Counted from the stretch's first letter, positions 51,656 through 61,966 are shown. The stretch: DNA of 64,000 bases from Anaerohalosphaeraceae bacterium (GCA_963675525.2 CAXXSL010000013.1:32001-96000), one strand, 5' to 3'. Numbers and translations are program-made. The notes: a model not told the origin generated them from the letters alone.

Positions 51656-52210
51656 ATGCAATCCGTTTTTGAAAGCCCATGGTTGTTTTTGACCATTGCC
51701 GGTGTTGCGCTGGTTGTCGTGTCCGTGGTTCGGCAGGACAGGCCCGAATGGGGCTATTGGCTGCTCCTGGTCCCCCTGGTCATCGCCGGACTTGCCTTTA
51801 TGCTGGATGCCGCGGTAACAACGGACACCGAGGCCATTAACGAGATCATCGACACCTCCAAACAAGCCGCCGTAAACAATGACCTACAGGCGATTATGGG
51901 ATCGATCAGCCCCAACTATACTGATAAATCACATCGCAGCAAAAGCGCTTTTGAAAAAAAAGCCCAACAAACCCTCAATAGTGCTTCGATTAAAAAGATA
52001 AAGACACAGTCGCATCTATTGGCCATCGACGCCAACAGCGCACAAAGCGAGTTAAATGTGGTGGTCCATTTCAATAACGACAGCCGATATAAAGCCACGG
52101 GGAGTTTGGTTTTCGTCGGGATAAAACTAAACTACGAAAAGATCGGGAAAAAGTGGTTGATTAACAGCGCGGAAGTTGTTTCCCTCAATAACCAACCCTG
52201 GAGCTGGTGA
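51656..52210 (+). CDS. Two-TM protein with NTF2-like soluble domain (hypothetical)
   Basis: SD GGAGG; two TMs, then TDTEAI...AV.NNDL.AIM..ISPNY.D and C-terminal WLI. Confidence 0.65.
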   Translation: MQSVFESPWLFLTIAGVALVVVSVVRQDRPEWGYWLLLVPLVIAGLAFMLDAAVTTDTEAINEIIDTSKQAAVNNDLQAIMGSISPNYTDKSHRSKSAFEKKAQQTLNSASIKKIKTQSHLLAIDANSAQSELNVVVHFNNDSRYKATGSLVFVGIKLNYEKIGKKWLINSAEVVSLNNQPWSW

Positions 52211-52274
52211 AATACCTCCTGATGTTTTCGGTCTTGTTTAGGCGAGCCGATGTTTTGAGATTCTAATGTCCCTG

Positions 52275-54317
52275 TTAGAAACTGTATTGGAGTCGCGCAA
52301 AGAACATCCGTCCCGGCGTCTCATAAGACGAAAAATAGCTCACATCATATCCCGGCTGCTGTGTTTTATTCAACACATCCGCAACACCTATCATCAGTTC
52401 ACCGCGTTGATTCGCAAACGGTCGTGTCAGGGTCACATCCAGCCGATGGAACATAGACAACTCAGCGGAGGGACTTTGCGACGAATTGATATGAACCACG
52501 TCGTTATAAATATAATTGGCGTTTAATGACCACTGCTCGTCAAGCAAAATCCGGCTTCGAAGGCCCGCCTTATGCTGCGCAGGGATGTAGGCCCGAATCG
52601 TTTGGCCGCTTTTGTCGGTGATAAACTTGTTATAAGCATACCATCCGCCAAGTTGGAATTGTGTCGTTTTATAACTCAGCTCACACTCGCCACCATACGT
52701 ATTGGCACCGTCTATATTCGTGAAAAAAGAATTCGTCGTCGGGCCGACCGTTTGATTGGCAGAGCCGATCAAATGGTCCATACGCTGATAATAGGTATTG
52801 GCCTGGAAGATGACATGATCGCTGAATTTGCCGGTATAACCGGCTTCCAGCGCATAGGTCGCCTCATTTCCGACTTCCTTGGAAGACGGTATAATGTTAA
52901 ACAAATATATCCCCCCCCCTATCGGCAATGCAGACGCCGTGGTATCGCGAACCATCACGCCGGCTGCACGATACGACCGCGCAAATCCCGCTCGCAGTAC
53001 ATGATTGTGTTTTTCGTCCAACGCATACAATGCCGAAAGACGCAGGGACCAGTCTGTGTCTGTTTTATTATAACGATCGATTCTGGCCTGGCTCTCAATC
53101 GACAATCGTTCCGTCAGGGCCATTCGATCGATCACAAATAATCCGGCCCAGTACTCATCATAGCTGCCTTCTCCAAAAACAATCTCCCCGGTAGCTGAAT
53201 TTTCGGAAGATAAATGAATCCATCGAAGATTTCCGCCCAATGTCAGCGAATGCTCGTCCGACAATGCCATGTTGTACTGGCCTTCAAGGTCATTTTCGTA
53301 CGATGCGAACCGGCGGGTAATATGCGGTTGGTGCGATACCGAATAATTTCCAAACCATTGCAGATAGCCGGAACTGTCATCATCGAATTCATGTTCCACG
53401 CGGGCAAACAGACGCGTCATACTGCTCAACACGTCTTTCATCGGATAACGCCCGGTCGACTCTCGGTCCCCGGCTTGTGACCCGGAATAGGCCGCTCCAA
53501 ATGATAATGTTGTCGCATCTGAATAATCATAATGGAATTCCGTGCCAAAACGGCTGGTTCGTGAAAAATCTCGGGCTTTATAACCGCCAAAGCCCATCAC
53601 CGCATTTAAACTGGGAAATGCGGATACCGTTCGCCCCGCTCCCGCAGCATCGGAATCCTCCATGTCTTCATAACCTGCCGAAATACGCCAGGACCACTTA
53701 TCATTTGTTCCTGCAAAACGCAAATGATTGTACGTGTCCCCGAACTCGCTAATCGTCGTACTAAATAAATTGTCCAGGGTTTCGCCCGGCTTCTTTGTAA
53801 TAATATTGATGACGCCCGTAAAGGCATTGGCCCCCCAGGCTGCCCCGCCGGGACCGCGGAGAACTTCGATCCGCTCGATATCTTCGACCAAAACCGGCAA
53901 ACGCAGCCAATCCGGAGCCCCATACGTGGAACCCAGGGCATTTCGCCCGTTGATGAGCACAAGAGTACGGTCCGATGTCATACTCATCATCCCGCGCACA
54001 CCGACAATATAGCGATACCGATCGACCCGGCGGACATCCACACCGGGAGCCAATTGGAGAATTTCCGGAATGGTGGTCAATCCGCTGGCATGAATTTCTT
54101 CGGCAGTGATGACACTAACCGGAATCGCCAGTTCGGTGCTTTTCTGTGCCGTTCGAGAGGCTGAAACAACCGGAACGTCCAGCAGTTGCTCCAGTGACAT
54201 CTCAAATAAAGTGGGTGATTCCTCTGCGGATAAAGTGGAGAAACTAAATAATAATAATAAAATGAAAATAACAGTACCGGTTGATTTCCAGTTAAAAAGT
54301 ATTCGATTGTTTATCAT
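52275..54317 (-). CDS. TonB-dependent receptor
   Basis: MSLEQLLDVPVVSASR, VSVITAEEI, LVLINGR, IERIEVLRGPG..WGANA..GVINIITK, C-terminal GRMFFARLQYSF. Confidence 0.95.
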   Translation of the reverse strand: MINNRILFNWKSTGTVIFILLLLFSFSTLSAEESPTLFEMSLEQLLDVPVVSASRTAQKSTELAIPVSVITAEEIHASGLTTIPEILQLAPGVDVRRVDRYRYIVGVRGMMSMTSDRTLVLINGRNALGSTYGAPDWLRLPVLVEDIERIEVLRGPGGAAWGANAFTGVINIITKKPGETLDNLFSTTISEFGDTYNHLRFAGTNDKWSWRISAGYEDMEDSDAAGAGRTVSAFPSLNAVMGFGGYKARDFSRTSRFGTEFHYDYSDATTLSFGAAYSGSQAGDRESTGRYPMKDVLSSMTRLFARVEHEFDDDSSGYLQWFGNYSVSHQPHITRRFASYENDLEGQYNMALSDEHSLTLGGNLRWIHLSSENSATGEIVFGEGSYDEYWAGLFVIDRMALTERLSIESQARIDRYNKTDTDWSLRLSALYALDEKHNHVLRAGFARSYRAAGVMVRDTTASALPIGGGIYLFNIIPSSKEVGNEATYALEAGYTGKFSDHVIFQANTYYQRMDHLIGSANQTVGPTTNSFFTNIDGANTYGGECELSYKTTQFQLGGWYAYNKFITDKSGQTIRAYIPAQHKAGLRSRILLDEQWSLNANYIYNDVVHINSSQSPSAELSMFHRLDVTLTRPFANQRGELMIGVADVLNKTQQPGYDVSYFSSYETPGRMFFARLQYSF

Positions 54318-54437
54318 TGTTATCCCTTGACAATCCATAAGGCACAAAATTTACTCTGCGTAAATACCTGAAAGCATCCCCTCGGATGCCCTTGAAGCAG
54401 ACAAAAATGAATTGAAACAATAAGCCGGGAAAAAGAA

Positions 54438-54857
54438 CTAACTGACAAGTGATTTCCGGCGTTCAAGAATGCTTTCGATCTTCTCCAGCAATTCGCTCAG
54501 GTCAAACGGCTTGATGATATAGTCATCAATATTACATTCACGGGCACGTTTGATATCCTGGCTTTGACTGCGAGCCGTCAGCATGATCACTGAAATATTC
54601 CTGCCCCAATCCTCTTGGCGAAGTTGCTCGAGCATTTCATGCCCATCCAGAATTGGCATGATCACATCCAGCAGGATCATATCCGGGCATTCTTCTTGAG
54701 CTTTTTTCAGACCCTCATCTCCATTATGGGCAGTCACCACGTCATAGTCATTCATTTCCAGCCGATCTTTGAGTGTCTGAACGATATTCGGCTCATCATC
54801 TACGACAAGGATCTTTGCCTTACTTGCCTTTTTCCCAAGTACGAAAAAATCAAACAT
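54438..54857 (-). CDS. Single-domain response regulator (receiver only)
   Basis: ILVVDDE, ILLDVIMP, MLTA, YIIKPF. Confidence 0.93.
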   Translation of the reverse strand: MFDFFVLGKKASKAKILVVDDEPNIVQTLKDRLEMNDYDVVTAHNGDEGLKKAQEECPDMILLDVIMPILDGHEMLEQLRQEDWGRNISVIMLTARSQSQDIKRARECNIDDYIIKPFDLSELLEKIESILERRKSLVS

Positions 54858-55268
54858 TGCTCTATCTCCATCTCAAAAAACAACTTTTTCTGTGCACTCT
54901 TACGGCATTTTCAGGCCTTAAAAACATTACATACAAGCCCGAATACGCTCATACATCGGTCGAATAAAGGTTGCGAAAAAGCACAAAATAACTTTTTTTA
55001 AATTTTACAGTCAGAATAATCGCCCCTGAATTTATAGATATATGACCTTTTGTGTCGCTTTTTGTGAAAAACTATTCATCTCTGGGGTGCTTTTGATTGA
55101 TACCCAAGAAAAACAGAGTATAATCGCACTACTTTAGTTACAACCGAGTTCTCTATCTTTCAAGGTGATGCCAACATGACTCTTAACCGGGCTTCATTGA
55201 TGACAACACACCCGGCTGTAACCATAGAAACAGGTAGTTAGAACCCCAGCATTGAAAGGAGAAAAAAC

Positions 55269-55889
55269 ATGTCACAAGTATCACGATCCGCCGTAATCCG
55301 CCATTGTAAACACAAAGGAAACACAATTGTCCTGCTCATTATCATTGCTTTGTTTGCCATTGTTGCTGTTTTTTTCTTAAATATGGCAACGACTGATCCA
55401 GTGGGCCCGGTCGAACAATGTCCCTGGGTCGAATCAAACCGCATTGTTGATAATTTCGCAGAGATCAATCTCCCCCAATCCCCGCAAATCATCTTTGACG
55501 ACATAACAAAAATATCCAAAAGACTCACCTCTGAAGACGGCTCAAATCGCGGCAAACTGGAAATTGAAATCGCTCCAGACGGAATTGTAACAGCTGTGTG
55601 GAAGGCAAAATATAAGGAAGATATTTACGAAAAAGAGTTTAGCGCAACGTGCATGGGCAATGTTGACGCCGACATGATTTATGTAGATGAAAACGGTACG
55701 GATAAATCAAAACTGTTTTTCATCACCGAAGGAAGATTTCTGGTGCAGGTGTTCAAACAGGGGAACGCAAAACTTGGCGGCGGCGAGGCCTATGTCGTTG
55801 GGTGGATATCACCCGACAGGTCAGCAAAAGGCACGCTTGTGCTCGCACCGGATAAAAAAAGGACGAAAATTTACGCATGGGGTGAATAA
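55269..55889 (+). CDS. Hypothetical membrane-anchored protein with pilin-like N-terminus
   Basis: SD AAGGAG; KHKG|NTIVLLIIIALFAIVAVFF followed by a beta-rich domain. Confidence 0.65.
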   Translation: MSQVSRSAVIRHCKHKGNTIVLLIIIALFAIVAVFFLNMATTDPVGPVEQCPWVESNRIVDNFAEINLPQSPQIIFDDITKISKRLTSEDGSNRGKLEIEIAPDGIVTAVWKAKYKEDIYEKEFSATCMGNVDADMIYVDENGTDKSKLFFITEGRFLVQVFKQGNAKLGGGEAYVVGWISPDRSAKGTLVLAPDKKRTKIYAWGE

Positions 55890-55929
55890 TTTATCCACAT
55901 GATTGTCTACTGTAAAAATTAGATCGCAG

Positions 55930-56850
55930 CTATTCGCTGTCAACCATTTCCGGCTTCGGGATAATTAACAGCGTTTGACAGATCGGGCATCGTCCCTGCC
56001 TGCCCGCATGCTGGATCGGCGCCCTGAATTGCCTGCCGCACGGACATGTAAACCGTATGGCGGTAGTCGCCGTTTGAGGCAATTCCGGTTGAACCGGTGG
56101 AGTGGGGGATTGTTTGGTCTTCTCGATCTCAGCCTGAGCCATCTTTTCAAGCTTGGCATCTTGTCGCTCAAGCCGCCATTGTTCGAACAATCCCACGAGT
56201 GATTGTTCATCCTGATACATCGTTACAAGCTTCAACTTCAATAACAGCACGGCCAAAGCCGCGCCGGCAAAAAAACCGCCCAGGTGCGCAAAATAAGCAA
56301 CCCGGCCGCCTCCCATCACTGCTCCTAAAATATCAAAAACCAGCCATAAACCAATCATCCAATAACTGGAAATGCAGAATGTTTTATAAATTGGACGAAG
56401 GAAAATCATTACGAAAAACAGACAATCCATCTCATTTTGCCAGAAGAAAACCAGGAACATCCCAACAATGCCGTTGATCGCTCCGCTGGCACCGATCGCC
56501 GACTCTCCGTTTAACAACATATGCGCGGCCGCAGCTCCCAGCCCGGCTGCCAGAAAAATCGGGAGGTATTTCAGATTGCCCACTTTGGAACAAACCGCAT
56601 TACCAAACACCCACAGAAAAAGCATATTCCCGCCCAGGTGAAGCGGGTCCGCATGCAGCCACATATGTCCGAACAATCCCTGCCAACTCCAGTCATCCAG
56701 CACATATGGCTCAATCGCGGCTTCATTGCCTTTACTTAATAAAACGGACTGAAGTCCAAACGCCGCGATAACTGAAATCACCAACAGCCAGTTCATCACT
56801 GGTTTTCGGTCAAACGGTACATCAACAGCATACGGTATCAAGAAAAACAT
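55930..56850 (-). CDS. Rhomboid intramembrane serine protease with C-terminal zinc ribbon
   Basis: HMWLHA..LHLGGNM, GASGA, AHLGG; tail CPCG...CPIC. Confidence 0.92.
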   Translation of the reverse strand: MFFLIPYAVDVPFDRKPVMNWLLVISVIAAFGLQSVLLSKGNEAAIEPYVLDDWSWQGLFGHMWLHADPLHLGGNMLFLWVFGNAVCSKVGNLKYLPIFLAAGLGAAAAHMLLNGESAIGASGAINGIVGMFLVFFWQNEMDCLFFVMIFLRPIYKTFCISSYWMIGLWLVFDILGAVMGGGRVAYFAHLGGFFAGAALAVLLLKLKLVTMYQDEQSLVGLFEQWRLERQDAKLEKMAQAEIEKTKQSPTPPVQPELPQTATTAIRFTCPCGRQFRAPIQHAGRQGRCPICQTLLIIPKPEMVDSE

Positions 56851-56983
56851 TGTCGGGATCCCTTCTCTTGAAATCAACTTTATTATACCCGACAAACAAT
56901 AATATTAAAACCACAATTCGTACGGTTTCTGATTCATTCGATATCCTATCTTTTCTTCCGGTCTTCTGCCTATTATTCTTTTC

Positions 56984-57012
56984 TTGACCCAAGGGTCTAC
57001 TTGGGCTATAAG
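56984..57012 (+). promoter_or_regulatory. Sigma70 promoter of crcB with a palindrome in the spacer
   Basis: TTGACC-N17-TATAAG; CCCAAG-N6-CTTGGG overlaps the -35 box and spacer. Confidence 0.55.
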
Positions 57013-57043
57013 TGCTTCGTTTTACTGTGTTTTGGAGTTTTTG

Positions 57044-57445
57044 ATGAATCCATTGGTTTTACAAATAGTCAGTATCGCAATGGCCGGGGCTTTGGGGGCT
57101 TTGGGCCGCTGGTTCATCAGTCTGGCCGGATATCGTCTGTTTGGGACGGGGTTTGCTTGGGGGACGCTGATCGCCAATGTACTGGGCTGTTTTCTGCTGG
57201 GTTTTCTGATGCCTCTGTGTCTGGCCAGCGCTAAGATCAGCGACACACTCCGGCTGGCGATCACGGTCGGTTTCCTGGGGGCATTAACAACCTTTTCGAC
57301 CTTCAGCTATGAGAGCATCAAATATATGGAAGATGGAAGTTGGACGCTGGCAATCACGAATATCGGGGCCAATCTGGTGATCGGATTCTGTGCCACGATC
57401 GCAGGGCTGATATTGGCACGAACTTTATTGGGAGGAACCGCGTAA
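57044..57445 (+). CDS. crcB: Fluoride channel Fluc/CrcB
   Basis: GALGALGR, WGTLIANVLGCF, GFLGALTTFSTFSYE. Confidence 0.96.
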   Translation: MNPLVLQIVSIAMAGALGALGRWFISLAGYRLFGTGFAWGTLIANVLGCFLLGFLMPLCLASAKISDTLRLAITVGFLGALTTFSTFSYESIKYMEDGSWTLAITNIGANLVIGFCATIAGLILARTLLGGTA

Positions 57446-57792
57446 TGAAGGTATTACAGGGACAACAGGTCTTAATGCGTATCTTTATCGGCGAACGTGA
57501 CCATGTCGGCCATCAGCCGCTCCATACGGCGATTTTGATGATGATGCGAAAGGAAAAACTCGCGGGGGCGACAGTCATTCGCGGACTGGCGGGATTCGGC
57601 GCCAAAAGCCACATGCATTCGGCGAACCTGCTGGCACTGAGTCAGGATCTGCCGATGATCATCGAATGCGTCGACAGCCGCGAAAATATCGACCGGATCA
57701 TGCCGAAGATTGACGAGATGGTTACAGACGGGCTGGTGACACTGGAGAATGTTGAAGTGGTGCGATACGCGCCAAAGAAAAATGAAGAATGA
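57445..57792 (+). CDS. DUF190 (PII-like) protein
   Basis: MRIFIGE, AGATVIRGLAGFG, LSQDLPMIIE.VD, GLVTLE; coupled to crcB via TAATG. Confidence 0.92.
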   Translation: MKVLQGQQVLMRIFIGERDHVGHQPLHTAILMMMRKEKLAGATVIRGLAGFGAKSHMHSANLLALSQDLPMIIECVDSRENIDRIMPKIDEMVTDGLVTLENVEVVRYAPKKNEE

Positions 57793-57806
57793 ATAAGGAA
57801 TATTCA

Positions 57807-60614
57807 ATGAAACGAATCACGCTATTAGCCATCATCCTGTTTTTAACATCGCTTTCCTTCGGACAAGCCAATAAAGTCAAACCTCAGTCTGAAAAGCTCT
57901 TCGACTATCAGCAGATTACACTCGATAACGGGCTGAAGGTGATTACGCTGGAGGATTTTTCGTGTCCTATCGTGGCGGTGCAGGTGTGGTATGGTGTCGG
58001 CTCTAAAGATGAAAAGCCGGACCGGCAGGGATACGCCCACATGTTCGAGCACATGATGTTCAAGGGCACAGAACTTGTCACCGAAAAAGATCAGTTCAAC
58101 ATGGTTCGCAAAGTCGGCGGCAATTGCAACGCCTACACCAGCTTTGACCGAACGGTGTATTATGAAACATTACCCGCCAACCAAATCGAACTGGCCCTGT
58201 GGCTCGAAGCCGAACGCATGAGTTTTTTGAAAATCGACCAGGAAGCATTTGACACGGAGCGGAAAGTCGTCGAGGAAGAGTTGCGGATGGGGGAGAACAA
58301 GCCTTACGGTAACGTCTTTAAAAAGATGGCCCGTGAATTATTTACTGTCCACCCCTACCGCTGGACGCCCATCGGCAATATCGCACATCTTCGGGCAACC
58401 AGCGTACCGGACTTGCGTGCGTTTTGGACACAGCAGTATGTGCCTAACAACGCGACTCTGATTATTGTCGGAGCGGTCAAGCACAAAGAGGCGCAGGCAC
58501 TGGCGCAACAGTATTTCGGTTGGATTCCGGCCGGGCCGGAACCGAAACGGGTAACGGCTAAAGAGCCTCCGCTGAAGGATATTAAAACTGTCGTGATCGA
58601 TGATGAAAACGCCCCTGCCGGACAAGTCATGCTTGGTTGGCGAACGGTTCCGACAGGAACGCGCGAAGAAACCATACTGGACTGTTTGTCGCAGATTCTC
58701 GGCGGCGGCAACAGCAGCCGCATCTATCGTGCAATGGTTGCCGATACACAGCTTGCGGTCGAAGCGGGCACGTGGACCTACAACTTACAACAGGATGGGA
58801 TTTTTATAGCGGAAGCGACTCTCCAGCAAACAGCGGATAATTATGACGCACTGCTGGAGGCTTTAAAAACGCAAATCGAAAAAATCCAAAAAGACGGGGT
58901 CACGGACGCCGAACTGGAAAAAGCAAAAAACCACTTGCTCAAACAACTTGTCACGACCAACCTGCAAATTGAAATGAAGGCATCGCTGTTGGGTAACGCG
59001 GCGGTGACAATGGGCGATGTTGGCAAGGTCAATACGATGATCGATGAGGTCCGCTCGGTCACCCGCAGCGACATCCAGCAAGCCGCCAAACAGTATCTTC
59101 CCACCGACCGCGTCGTCCAATTCAAAATCATGCAAAGCCAGGGAATGCAGAATGCCCGCAAGGATAACGACCAAGCCCCGATTACCGCCGAGCCAGAATT
59201 GAACGCCCCTGCCCCGGGCCGAGCAGGTGTTCATCGCCCTGCCGACTATCCAAAACAGGCACCCCTGGCCGAAAATAATGATGCTCGCTTTATGTTTGAT
59301 TATTCCGAAGAAAAACTGGAAAACGGATTAACCGTTCTGGTGGTGTCCAATCATGAAGTGCCGTTCGTGTCGGTTATGCTGGGATTGAGCAACGGCAGCT
59401 GGACGGAAACAAAACCGGGCACAGCATTTATGACGCTCTCGATGCTGACTAAAGGCACAGAAAAGCACAGCGAGGCCCAACTGGCAGCCGAACTTGAACA
59501 ATACGCCATCTCTCTTTCCGGCGGCGCTACAATCGACACCGGCACCGTCAACATGAATTGCCTGACTGAACAACTGGACCGCGGAATGGAGCTTTTGTCC
59601 GAAGTCGTTCTCGAACCGGTCTTTGACTCGACGGAATTCGAAAAGCTATTGAAACAGGAACTGACTTCGCTGAAAATCAATGAGCAGCAGCCTCGCTACC
59701 TGGCGAGCAAATATTTCAATCAAGCCATCTTCGGTGGGCATCCCTACGCCCGAATGGCCGAAGGCAGCGCTGACGACCTTGAAAAACTCACCTCGGCCGA
59801 CTTAAAGTTGTGGTGGTCAAAATTTGCCCGACCGGACCAAGCGACACTGATCGTCGCAGGTGACATCCAAAAAGACCGTGCAGTAGCATTAGCCAGACAA
59901 TATCTAGGAGCATGGAAAACGGACCTGGTCGAAACTGGGATCGCGCTGACTGATATCCCCGAACACAAGGGAACACAAATTATTATCGTCAATCGCCCCG
60001 GCAGTGCCCAGGCCCAAATTAAAGTCGGCCAGCTTGGTATCACCCGGCACCAACAGCCGGAGTACTTTACAGCCCTGATTGCGGGCAATTACTTCGGCGG
60101 CTCCTTCCACAGCCGGTTGAATGAAAATCTACGCGTCAAACGAGGATTGACATACAGTGCCTGGGGCTATTTCAAACCAATGGCACGGGCCGGGACGTTT
60201 GAGATTTCCACATTTACTAAAAATGAGTCCGTCGCAGAAACCATTTCGGTCATTCTTGAGCAACTCAAAGAATTCCAAACGGTCGAACCAACCGATGCTG
60301 AGTTCTATGACACCCGAAGCTATATTACCGGAAGTTTTGCTCAAAACCGTGAAACCCCCCAGGATGTAGCCGGTGACCTCTGGATGATCAAGTCTCAGCA
60401 ACTGGAAAAAGATTACTTTGATCAGCTTTTTTCGACACTGAAAAAAGCGACAAAACAGGATTGTGTAAATCTGGCTCAAAAGTTCATTAGGCCCGATAAC
60501 TTAAAAATTATTATTGTGGGAGATGCCGAAAAACTGAAAGAAAGCCTTGAAAAAATCGCACCCATCGAGATTATTCAACTCGAAAACAAAGATGAACCAT
60601 CACGATCTGTATAA
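57807..60614 (+). CDS. M16 (pitrilysin/PqqL-like) zinc protease, exported
   Basis: Signal peptide; GSKDE..G.AHMFEHMMFKG, NAYTSFDRT, ERKVVEEE, SRLNENLRVKRGLTY. Confidence 0.95.
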   Translation: MKRITLLAIILFLTSLSFGQANKVKPQSEKLFDYQQITLDNGLKVITLEDFSCPIVAVQVWYGVGSKDEKPDRQGYAHMFEHMMFKGTELVTEKDQFNMVRKVGGNCNAYTSFDRTVYYETLPANQIELALWLEAERMSFLKIDQEAFDTERKVVEEELRMGENKPYGNVFKKMARELFTVHPYRWTPIGNIAHLRATSVPDLRAFWTQQYVPNNATLIIVGAVKHKEAQALAQQYFGWIPAGPEPKRVTAKEPPLKDIKTVVIDDENAPAGQVMLGWRTVPTGTREETILDCLSQILGGGNSSRIYRAMVADTQLAVEAGTWTYNLQQDGIFIAEATLQQTADNYDALLEALKTQIEKIQKDGVTDAELEKAKNHLLKQLVTTNLQIEMKASLLGNAAVTMGDVGKVNTMIDEVRSVTRSDIQQAAKQYLPTDRVVQFKIMQSQGMQNARKDNDQAPITAEPELNAPAPGRAGVHRPADYPKQAPLAENNDARFMFDYSEEKLENGLTVLVVSNHEVPFVSVMLGLSNGSWTETKPGTAFMTLSMLTKGTEKHSEAQLAAELEQYAISLSGGATIDTGTVNMNCLTEQLDRGMELLSEVVLEPVFDSTEFEKLLKQELTSLKINEQQPRYLASKYFNQAIFGGHPYARMAEGSADDLEKLTSADLKLWWSKFARPDQATLIVAGDIQKDRAVALARQYLGAWKTDLVETGIALTDIPEHKGTQIIIVNRPGSAQAQIKVGQLGITRHQQPEYFTALIAGNYFGGSFHSRLNENLRVKRGLTYSAWGYFKPMARAGTFEISTFTKNESVAETISVILEQLKEFQTVEPTDAEFYDTRSYITGSFAQNRETPQDVAGDLWMIKSQQLEKDYFDQLFSTLKKATKQDCVNLAQKFIRPDNLKIIIVGDAEKLKESLEKIAPIEIIQLENKDEPSRSV

Positions 60615-60816
60615 ACTGGACTTTTTTTGGCTTTTTCAGAGGCTTTTATTAAGATGTCGTTTGTTCTTGCCGAAACAGACGATATCTATATAAGAGAGTA
60701 CGATCTTTAATACGCTGAACAATACCGAGATTTACAGAGTACAATATATTGGATATTCAGAGTCACATATTAAGAATATTATAACATTATTACAATTTGA
60801 ATTAGAAAATCCGAAA

Positions 60817-61920
60817 ATGGCATTCATTAAATGCTCTAAAATGCGAACAGCCTTGCTGTCTATGCTTTTTTGCTTGACAGTGGCTTTTCTTTCAACCCTT
60901 TCTTGCGGATTCGCAGACGAGCAGCAAGAAGCTGCCCCGGCCACTGCTGCCGCAGAGTCAATTCAGGACAATCTACCGGTTCCGGTATCAAACAGCGATC
61001 CCAATGATGTCGCTCTGTCCGAAGATCCAAACGATATCCATGAGACTGCCCCGAATGAGAAAACAGACGAAGCAGAAGATCCCAATAAACCTGATTTATC
61101 GATAACTCCAGAAGATAACAGTGACGATTTTTCTCCCAGGGTTTCTACGCTAATAAAGATCAATAACGCCTACGAAAAGATTTTGTCGCCCGACATCATT
61201 ACATCTGAAGGCATGGTTCGCTACAGTACTCTCAGACGAAAACGCGAAGATATGATTATTGCGGCAAAAGAATTAGATGAACTAAATCCAGTCGTCCTGA
61301 TGAGTCTCTCAAAAGAACAGCGAATTGCTTTCTGGATCAATACCTATAACGTATGCACATTAAAGCTGATCGTGGATCATTATCCTATCGAGCCCAAGCT
61401 TTATATGATCTTTTATCCAAACAACAGTATCATGCAAATAACCGGTGACTGGAGAACCAAGCACTTCTTTGATATTCAGGGTCTGGAGTACACCCTTGAG
61501 GAAATCGAACAGGAATTTCTGCTGGCTCGCCATAATGATCCTCGTATTATTTTTGCTCTTTCCTATGCCAGTCTCGGCGGAGCGATGCTTCGTAATGAGC
61601 CCTATGTTGCCGAAAAACTGAACAAACAACTGGATGAACAGGTCGAGCGATATCTGATGTCTCCCAGAGGGCTCCAAATTGACAAGGAAAAAGGTATTGT
61701 CCACCTTTCTAGTCTATTTACCATGTACGGGCACAAGAAATTCTTCCTGTCTTCAGAATATGCTGCCATTAAGAAATTTCGAGATAGAAAACCCGAAGAA
61801 CAAGCTTGGCTGAACTTCAGTCGGAGCTATCTTCCGGAAGAGGACATACGCTATCTGGAGACTGCATCATTTGATACCAAGTTCATGAAGTACGACTGGC
61901 TTCTGAACGAAACTCCCTGA
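60817..61920 (+). CDS. DUF547 domain protein with acidic linker
   Basis: GMVRY, AFWINTYN, TLEEIEQ, DPRIIFALSYAS, LSSLF, YDWLLNE. Confidence 0.88.
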   Translation: MAFIKCSKMRTALLSMLFCLTVAFLSTLSCGFADEQQEAAPATAAAESIQDNLPVPVSNSDPNDVALSEDPNDIHETAPNEKTDEAEDPNKPDLSITPEDNSDDFSPRVSTLIKINNAYEKILSPDIITSEGMVRYSTLRRKREDMIIAAKELDELNPVVLMSLSKEQRIAFWINTYNVCTLKLIVDHYPIEPKLYMIFYPNNSIMQITGDWRTKHFFDIQGLEYTLEEIEQEFLLARHNDPRIIFALSYASLGGAMLRNEPYVAEKLNKQLDEQVERYLMSPRGLQIDKEKGIVHLSSLFTMYGHKKFFLSSEYAAIKKFRDRKPEEQAWLNFSRSYLPEEDIRYLETASFDTKFMKYDWLLNETP

Positions 61921-61966
61921 GTTCGTCTTTAAAGGCATTCTTTTTACCCCCTTCTCAATATTTATT

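Noticed and set aside
55163..55222. GGTGATG...TAACCG...TGATGAC, a superficial resemblance to a fluoride riboswitch
   Set aside because: P1 pairing (GGnGAUGGnnUUCnCC) and the pseudoknot partner are missing, and it lies 1.8 kb from crcB in front of an unrelated gene
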